Of a DNA stretch of 60,000 bases, positions 50,725-60,000 are shown one piece after another (positions within the stretch are counted from its first letter, which is position 1; each line of letters begins with the position of its first letter). The position numbers and the translations under genes were made by a program. The notes beneath the pieces were generated by a model. The model saw only the letters and a program-made list of their open reading frames with translations. It was not told where the DNA came from and made no database searches. The stretch is taken from assembly GCA_965235115.1 (NCBI GenBank), contig OZ249436.1:15440001-15500000 (forward strand), given 5' to 3'. Origin of the DNA: Laetmonice hystrix. Lineage: Eukaryota.

Positions 50725-52553
50725 TTTTTTTATACATGAGGGCGACTGAAACATGAGAATTACGATATATGCCCTGTTCGTGGCCTGGGGTAAAGTTCGC
50801 AAATGTCGCGAAACTATGCCTGGAAATAAGGCGTTTAAGGTTGAGGTTTCTTTGCCGGGAGGAAAACCTTTACTGTGTTACTGTAATGTATTGGTGTAAA
50901 TCGGACAGAATAATTATAGTTATCTTTTATTAAGCATGTTTTGTTGTTGTCTTATTTCTCAAGACGGAAATAGAATACGCAACTTTCAATTAGATTGTCA
51001 TGTATAAAGTCCCATTCCAATTCCACAAGACTTTAGTGTTGATCTAAAACAAATTAAAATTGCATCCTCAGAGCATGCACCGCTCTTAACATGATACTGT
51101 ACACCACGGGTTATCAATAAACAATGTGCTCTCGATTGAAACCGCCGACCAAACACGGCTAGTTGTGTTCCAACGTTCTATCAGCGTTTCTTGTAATAGA
51201 ATTCAAGTTTTAATTTCAGATCTCAGTAGGTTAAAGTTTCCAACAACATGGCGGAATTTTAGTTTTCAAAGTTCTTAGCAGTTCAGCAGTTCAAGGCGCT
51301 TATAGAAGTCTGATGCATTATTCATAATATAGGCCTGAAATAAATCTGCACTTTCATGCCATGGATTGATCGATCTAGTCGACTGGACCTTTGAAATTAG
51401 CCGGCGACCACTTGGCAGAGAATTTGCTCAAAGCAGCGGTCTATTTCTGTTGTTATTTCAAAGTACAATTTGAAGTTGCAGGAAAAATGGCGCGCTGTTG
51501 TATTTAAGGTACGTTACTATTCCATCGTAGGCATCTACAACGGATCACTCTTCTCCAATCTCTTTCTATTTAGCCAATCTATTTCTATTTAGAACTACAT
51601 CTCATGTTTTTGTAAGAGCCCTAATGACTAATACATTGATAGGGATTGTTCACGTTTCCATTATAATCCAAGGAATGGAATATGGGTTCATAGCCCAGTT
51701 ACATCCTTCTCATTTACCACGGGGCAAACGGCCAGATGCAACATGGAAACCTTTCGTCTGACCCATATTTTTCATCAGACATTTGCAGTCAACGGACAAA
51801 AAATACGTCTGATCGTAATGTAAGAAACAATTTATGACAGCTCGGTAAAACACTAGATTTTCATGACATTAAGATAGCAGAGAGGTGAAATGTTACTGCC
51901 ATACAGTCTGCACCCCTGGGCTGACAAAAGGCACACTGGTAATCTTAGCAAGATGATTTATGCTCGCATGGTGCACAGAAGCAGCATGCCATGGCAACAC
52001 GAGAGCAATGTATGAGAGCAATGACAAGACTGGCTACACCAGTGATGAGGCTCGTCTTTCTTTACTTGAGGCTAATACACTGAGACTATGAGGATTCATT
52101 TCCACAAGAATGTTACATGCTATAAATCACAAAGATTATCATGTGGAAGTTCTCGCTCGCTGGAATTGAGCTGTCTTCTGCTTGGGTGTACTTGCCCTGC
52201 ATCATGCGCTACTACTTCGTCACAGCTACTACAGTATACGGGTCTATGGGATATAACTCGCATTTAATGGCTGTCGATGAAAAGTAAATCTTTTCCTCAG
52301 ATTCCCCCAGTAACTACATATCAGTCTCGTGAATAAACACAGACCAACACATTTCGGCAAATCTTCGAATCCCCCTCAGCATTCTTTAGCACAAGTTGTA
52401 TTCCGAAGTGGAACCTGCTCCCCTGTCGACATAAAGATGGACTATTCGACCCATGTATAATCGTACTGTGTTTATACTCCAAGATCAATGAGAGTAAAGA
52501 GTTCTCCAGGAAATGGAGAAATTTACTTGTAGTCGACGTGCTGCTGAATTGTA

Positions 52554-52843
52554 TGGAGCCCTGTTGGGGACATGAAGAGAAAAAGAATGGTGGTGATCTC
52601 GAAATTACCACTTAGTGACGTCATTAACTCGTAATAACGAGTTAATGACGTCACTAAGTCGTTATTACGAGTTATTCGCGTTCAGAGAAATTTTTTGTGG
52701 TGATCTCGAAATTAACACTTAGTGACGTCATTAAGTCGTAATAACGAGTTAATGACACCACTAAGTGGTAATTTCGAGATCACCACAAATTTCTTTCTTT
52801 GCAGGGCAAGATTTTTTTTCTTCATGTCCCAAACACGGCTCCG
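52554..52843. mobile_element. TA-flanked palindromic MITE with internal CTCG/TAATAACGAG repeats
   Basis: TA|TGGAGCCCTGTTGGGGACATGAAG ... CTTCATGTCCCAAACACGGCTCCG|TA, with GTGGTGATCTCGAAATTA in direct and inverted copies. Confidence 0.75.
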
Positions 52844-55800
52844 TAGAATTGAACGACCCGCCGAGTATAATCTTCACAAAATTACTGCACTGCTCACACG
52901 AGGGGTTGAAAAACCACACATTTTTGTCTAGGAATCGCCATTTTAGCAACTGGTTAGAGTCTTTACTAGCATGGGTAGCATGCAGCGAGTTTGAATCAGC
53001 GAGGTTTAAATTTATAATTTTGGAGACTGGGCAAAATTTATGCGACCTCAACCCAACATCACCCCCTCCCCAGAACAGACGCGTTCCGGTGGGAAGATGC
53101 CCGATTCTCCGCTGCCCACCCACAAATTATCAATTACTGGTCGCGCCCACCTGGGTCAAATGGACCATGCTGGTCACTGGCCTACCACACACGACGACCC
53201 ATTGAACCTAAATACTACAGTTGGTTTACTCATCCCTTCACTACAATCTTTCATATGTTGGCACAGACCTATTATTTTCATATTTATCTACGCTCAAACT
53301 TTGTGATCACCGATGATGTAGTTGCTCGGACAGAAAATTGCCACAAGCAAAATAATTAAAGGCTTGTAGTATAATCACCAGCGTGTAATGATGTTTGGAC
53401 TTTCGCTTGAAAAACTGGAATTGGGGACAAACCCGGTTTTCACCGATCCACCAGGGACTCGCATTGTGAATCTCACTGATTACATGTGTGGTCATCCACA
53501 GTGCCCTTCTTTTCAAACAACTTCCTCTACCAAACTGCGCACAGATTAGTGTAGTTGTGAAAACAAGACCGTGCGGACATTTTTAGTGGATTACTACGTT
53601 TTGTAAAGTTGTTCAATCAAATTTACTCCGATGACCTACAAAAGAGACCCGTAAAGTATGGTAAAATTAGCTATACATTTAACGTGTAATGACAGTTAGA
53701 AATAGCTTGCCGGTTGGACCAATCCGTATTAGACTAGAGGTTACTGCTTGCAGTGAGACTGATTAAGGACGAAACTTAAGAAGATAATTCTAGTATACTG
53801 TGGGCTACACATGGGACCAAATTGCCTTGGCATGGATGGCTCTTCCAATAGTTGGTGTATGATGTGACAGTCGTCCCTGTTTCTAGATGGACTGAATCCT
53901 TACCTGTTTCCCACCTGTTGATTTGACACATAACACCTGTTAAGCCAGTCGATTAATTAAATAATAACAGAGTACGGCACTTTGACACAATGGCTCTTGT
54001 GACTGACACGCAGCTAGGCACACCTCGGCCTGATCAACTGTCAGCGTGGCCAAGCCTTCAGGCCACACTTCGACCGTGAATACACCCATTTCCCCTTTGA
54101 TAAAATCACGCATACGGTTTTTTTATCAATAAAATTTGTACCACCTTCTTTCTATGCATTTCAACTGCTTTCATGATGTTTTCAGTACATCTGGTATTTG
54201 TAATAGCCTTTTAGCTTTATGAGTTAGACGCCAATTTTGGCACAGTTCATATTAGCTTAGTCATAGTTTACATTTGACAGATACATGAAGTAAATATATA
54301 TATAATCTTTTAGTATGCCCCTATATCATATTTTCTATAAAAAAAAATATTGCCCTTATTCGGCAGACAAAGGAAAACGAGACTAACCTCCATATTATGA
54401 CTACAAGAAAAAAAACATGCTTGAAAAACATTAACAAAGACTTCGCCCACTAATGTGCTTTGCTGTCAAATGTTATCAGTCTCTACACGTCAAAGTACGC
54501 ATGTTCCCGTCTTTCTGGCAATGAATGGCAGACGGCAAACCAGTTTAGGATTCAACTGAGAAGGGGTTGCATGCCAGCATTATACTTTATCACGTTTTCA
54601 AATTACAACCTTGAACACTTCTTTCCAAGATTATGAAAATAGAGACGATCATGTGAAGTAAAGCAGGTCTGTGAGTGGACAGCTGGCTGACCAATCACAA
54701 TGGACGACAAGCCAGGACACACCGCAACAATGCTGACCAATATGTGTGTGTGCTGAGGCTGAATCAAGTGTGGCGTCAAGTGGAACCACAGGTCTGCCCG
54801 TCTTCTTAAGGTCACCGATAAGGGGCAGTGAACCTATCTGTAGTGGTCTTAGCACCACCGATATTTCTGTTATCATATATGTATAATAGACTTGTAACAT
54901 TTAGACATTAGTGTCATTGTAAATGTGTTGTCTTATCCTTCAATAATAATTATCTGAAGGGAATGTTCTGAGCAATAATACTCGCTTGCCTGCAGTGCCA
55001 CTTATTGCACTGCCATTTGTATTAATACTAAGCTGTACTGTATCAGGTCAGAGGAAATCATTTTGACCTAGCAAAACCAGCACATAATAGTTTAATCCAG
55101 GAAACCCCTTTGCAGGGGGTTCAATCAGTCTCAGGACGTCTGAGAAGATAACACCTTTGAGGACACCCAGTAGCCTCTGACTTGCACGAACATTGGCTGG
55201 TTGTTGGGTGCTCAGGAACTCAATACAGGTTTCGACTGAGAAAAACATTCTACTGTGAATAGTATTCTAAATCTGTGTGCAGTATGATCGGAGGCTGTAA
55301 TTTAGTGTTATTACCACGTGAAGGCCTGAGTCTGTGCAGCTCAGCAGGGTTCCGGCGGCAGAAACCTCGCCGGACGATGTCAGCTTCAAGGCTCCGCCTG
55401 AGAAGACTATCAGTTGGGGGCTCCGTCATATCCCTATACCCTGTACGGTAGACCTACCTGGTGGTGTTAGCGCAGACCTAGACTTTTTCATTCAAATCGC
55501 CTAGTCTCATTATTTACAGTTTTGTTTATCCGGGTTCAATTTTCATCTGTGGTAATAACTAGGACTTTCATTTCTCCAATGCCTGGGATTTTGGCTAGTG
55601 TGTGTAATTTCAGGACAGCGTTAAAGATGCTACTTGTCACGATTTTTGTCCTCTTAGATCCACTTAAATGCAGAGAAACTCATTAAAGTCATTCTGGATG
55701 GCTTAGCAAAGAACTTTCTTGGCTGAAGTACTTTATTGGGGAAAAAGTTTCCGAGATAGTTCTTTTGAACTTTTTCAATACTTGCTGATCGAGTACAATC

Positions 55801-58440
55801 TGTGAGTGGGTTTACTGGTCGTGTAACTGATGTCGGTTGTCGTTACCCTTACAATGTCAGGAGTCAACCTCGACCTCTGCGTCTCGTCCCTAACACCTTT
55901 CAAATATTGCAATCATTCATACCTCCCATATAGTATAACCTCCTCATTTGCCACCTCAAATGATACAAAAATAAATAAAAGCCGCAAAATAATATGTTGC
56001 AATCCTCTGGCGTGAATTTCTCTGCTCTCTTCTATATCTGAATTGTATTAAGGAGCCGTGCTCCGCTGAGTCTGATGAAAGCTGACAGCTAAGAAGAAGC
56101 GCTACGACTACATCTGATACTTGAAATCCTTTCACACAGCAATGTCGGGGCTGAGGATGTGTTGAAAGCAGAATAACAAGAGAAGTCAAGCCTGAGCGGC
56201 GTCTATTATGTGTGCACATATAATGGAGGTTTTGACTCTCCTACATGGTCTTGCCACGGTGCATAATGCCACTGACAGGTGTGTCGATAGGTAAACACAG
56301 CGAGCTGATAAAATAAACTCAGCCCAACCGATCATCTCCTTAAGGCACAAACACAGTTCTAAGACTGGCAAGACACATTCAGAATGGTACAGATGCAATT
56401 GTCAAACCAACTCGGAGCTCCATTGTGTTTGTCCTGCAAGACTTCTCAAGTACCCCTGAAGCCGATGCAGCACAATAACATTTCAATCTCGAACCTAAAT
56501 TATATTCCTGAAAATATAGAACATTTCTTACATGTAGGCCAATTTTCTTTCGATCTGCTGTTGCGTGTTTGACATGATGGCATCTCAGCGATGAAAAGAT
56601 ATTATTTTACAAATCAGACAGATATATTTACTTGAGCACTCCCGTAGAAGTCAGCCCAATAAAAAAAGGTCCTCTTTTTGAGTAAATTCCTTAACTGCTC
56701 CCTAATGATACACCAACATGTTTTCTATAATGCCCTACAATAATATTTTCCCAAGTTAAACCCAGGTGTTTTTCACTGGCGCTCAGTTTCAGTTTCGTGG
56801 TTAGTGTTGACTTAGCGTCAGTTTGTACAAGTTCGCCCGATACATATGATATCATTTCCCCGCTGAGAGGGCGAGCACACTCTGCTTAGATACACACATT
56901 TTGAACCTAAGTTTGCGATACGATAAGATTTTATTTTTGTAGATAATTCATCATATTAGTGGAACATCATTTATTTCGAACACGAAAGAAAGTTCAGGAC
57001 CTTTTCTACATAAAAAGATTAAAAGATATGACCAAATTACATATTTAGGCATCAAGTATATCAGTAAAATAAATGATCAATAGAGATATATTGAGGCACA
57101 AAAAAAAACAGGATAATCCATGCAAGCAAAGTCACCGAGTGGCTTACATAGGACAGATTTCTTCCACTTAGTATCAACCGATGTAGACAAGGAAGGTAAC
57201 GGCCTGGAACTAATTTATCATCGAAGGAAAAATAATTGGCCTCGTGCGTCATGCGTTCTTTCATAAGATGATGGTAACTAAGAGGTTCATTGACCATGCG
57301 TAGTATCGATGTGCAACAGCCATATGACATCAGAATGTATCTAACCTCCCCTTATCTCCCGGTGTGGTCTGGGCAACATTATAGTGTGCAGTATAACAGC
57401 AAGCAGCAGCCAACTCCCTGGTCACGGTGCAATCAATATGTGTCAACTGCAAGCAGAAGGAGCATCAAATTCCCCAGGTAAAGCACAAGCGTTTATCGTC
57501 AACATCGTCGGTCGGTTCACAACACTACCCAAGGCTACAAGCTAGGAAAATATTGTTGGAACACATGCTTTGTCTGTCCCACTCGGCGGGAAAGGGCCAT
57601 ATTCTCTTTCTATTCAAACAGAAATCATCTCAAAATAGATGAAAAATGGACAGAAAACACAATGCTCAGGCGGAGAGATACCTTTCATTTCTATCATTCT
57701 AGACGGGATATAGTGTCTCAGAGTGGAGAGTTTCACGGTGAACTATATTTATCAGTTATGTATCAGTCTGATCCATTCTCAATAATATTATACGTCAAAT
57801 GTACAATAATTACTTTGAAATTGGATTGCATGACCTCAGGACACAACGTCACTGCAACAACGAACTTTAGCATAATGGTGATCGTTCATAACAGGGACAT
57901 GCAAGAGCTCATGTTTGTTCACGATGGTTAATAAAATAAACTTCGTTTATCATCAATCACTCTATAATAATAATAACAATCCCCTGTGAACAAGTTTCAC
58001 ACACTGGTAATACCACTACCTTTGTCATCAAGAGCAATGGAAATTATAATATCAATTCATCATGGAATTATAAACACTATATTTTGTGTTTCTTTTCTAG
58101 ATTCATCAATTACGTCTTATCACCCTATCCTTTGACAGGAGAGTAGGAAGTCTTGTTTTAATGGAAAGAATATCTCTTTATTACAATCAAAGGCTACCCT
58201 TTCCTTTCAGATTCTCTCATAGTCCCTCTTAAAAATATTTTATTTGGTTCATACCCATATCCCTAATCTCTCTTTGACATTGTTAAAGAGGCAGGCAAAG
58301 TTCCTCACTAACGTACCTTTGAAGACCAGTAACACCATGTGAAGTGTCTAAGGTCGCGCCGATAAGTGGAACACTGTCTAAGGCGACTTTTAAAAATACC
58401 GTATGGGTCATTCGCTATTTTTACACGCGTTACGCCGCCA

Positions 58441-58731
58441 CTGGCTTCATCGGACACTCACTCACTCACTACGTACTGCACTACTGACTGTGTACTCTTA
58501 CCGGTGACAGCAGACACCTTTTTCTCTCTCGTCACACCCTTATTGGGGCATGTTAACAAATACAGAGTTTGTGTGCGGCTATCGTTTGCAACCCTCTCTG
58601 AAATCGTCAATGAATCTGTCGCCATCGTGGGCATGTTTCTGGTAAAAGTGGAATCGCAGTGGGACGTGAATAGCGGCACCCTGGCTGGGAATCTGCGTGG
58701 TTCGTTCCGCCTGGCGGCCACATAACAATTC
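58441..58731 (-). repeat. Dispersed ~300 bp repeat, copy 2 (copy 1 at 1383-1690)
   Basis: Reverse-complement match to 1383-1690. The ORF track shows the same translated strings in both places (NCYVAARRNEPRRFPA.., MATDS.TISERVANDSRT). Confidence 0.9.
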
Positions 58732-59223
58732 GTGGACAAGTAGGGCAGACAAGCAGACGAAGCCAGCGGGAGAATGCCTAGCTACATTTCAGTTGATTAT
58801 TCCTTTATTAAAGATCAGACCATCACAGGATTGTAGGTAGGAACAAGCTTGTTCATGCTGAACACCCTTATCTTGATAGTTTGAACTTTTCCTGCAGGTT
58901 TAATTCTCTACACCATGTAGATTATGCGCTCGTCAGAAATACCCACACACACACCCCCCACACCCCCCCCCCCCCACACACAAAAACACTAGTTCTTATT
59001 TATTTATGTTAACAACCACAGCAGATAGCTGAACTGATACACGGAAGATATATGGTCTGCCACTCCGGCAGAGAACGGTGCTTCATCAACTGACAAATAA
59101 ACTGATCTACCAATACCACACCGGTATACGGATAATGAACGATCAAACAATCATATACTCATGACATCAACATAAGGTTTTTTGTATTTTTGAACACTTG
59201 TTGCAATGAAGAGGGTTGTAGCA

Positions 59224-59375
59224 ACCACTTTTGTCATTTTTAGCATTTTTGTCACAGGTCACCACTTTTGTCACACAAAATGCCCACTTTTGGTCACTAC
59301 TTTTGTCACAACGTCGCCCACTTTTGTCGTTCTTAAGGACATCACTTTAGTCATAATTTTTGACCGGTTTTGTCA
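59224..59375 (+). repeat. Degenerate short tandem repeat (CACTTTTGTCA-like)
   Basis: About 7-8 imperfect copies of (C)ACTTTTG(G)TC(A). Confidence 0.6.
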
Positions 59376-60000
59376 AACTTGTAAAGGCCAAAAAAGACAG
59401 CATGGCAGAAATGAGATGGTTTACGAATATAGCTACAGATCCATCCAATCAGGGGCACACATTGCATTAGTTGCTATTAAAACTTTTACTCCTTCATGAA
59501 CAAACAATAATTAAGTGATTAATTAACCACTGGGCATAATTTATTGAATTACTGTATGGAAGTAAGCAAGATCTGTGTGGTAAATAGAGTAGAAGAAAGA
59601 TATGCCAGTATGTACGCCCTGATCTAATACATTCTTGTGCTATAAATACCAGGTAGTGGTTTCTATTGTCCAGGTTTGTTTGTCACACCTCACGCCGGTG
59701 ACTCTGTACGTCAGTCAGTCAGTTACAGTCAACAGTTTTACCTGTACACAGTATGACGCCGCCAGACATGCTTGGTTGTAGCACCTTGTTTTCATTTGGA
59801 CAGACAGGACCGTGGAAATGGTGTCTTGATTAATATGAAATACTGTTCTACCTGGAAAACCTTCTGATGTTTAAGTCGGTGTTCACTTATATTGCTTTGT
59901 GGTAAAGAACCCACTTAAATACAGCCATGTAGGCAATTGGTTTTGGAGGTGAGATGCTAATTTGTATATAAATGACTGTAACTATGTGGACCTTGACGCT

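Larger units (their letters stand above)
23300..57900 (+). ncRNA. Candidate very long structured non-coding transcript (lncRNA, giant UTR or intron); boundaries approximate
   Basis: No recognisable coding exons. Many non-repetitive 7-16 bp stems and nested helices, often with + strand G-U pairs (see findings). No expression evidence is available. Confidence 0.4.

Noticed and set aside
52041..52090. C/D box snoRNA (GTGATGA..CTGA)
   Set aside because: Too short (~45 nt), with no recognisable guide or D' and C' boxes.
56070..56100. Hammerhead-like CTGATGA plus stem
   Set aside because: No GAAA in the required position and no stems I and III.

Overview
Eukaryotic (metazoan) genomic DNA, probably a marine invertebrate such as an echinoderm or hemichordate. 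That assignment is inferred only from the repeat families and intron style. The first ~23 kb is a compact cluster of four spliced genes. These are MOSMO (first coding exon only, - strand, running off the left edge), LRMDA (+, with a U12-type AT-AC intron), FAM241 (-) and ULK3 (+, about 15 exons, with a GC-AG intron and a duplicated acceptor). Their introns and shared promoters carry many non-autonomous DNA transposons (Harbinger-, pogo-, hAT-, Academ- and Helentron-like) plus a SINE fragment. From ~23 kb to ~58 kb I recognise no coding exon, and transposons are sparser: one Helentron-like element with a satellite array and four MITEs. This tract is unique sequence with many 7-16 bp hairpins and nested helices, often with G-U pairs on the + strand. 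It is the top candidate for an undescribed very long structured RNA (lncRNA, giant UTR or intron). That call comes from visual inspection and needs folding statistics and expression data. Most entries in the supplied ORF track are spurious or are exon fragments.
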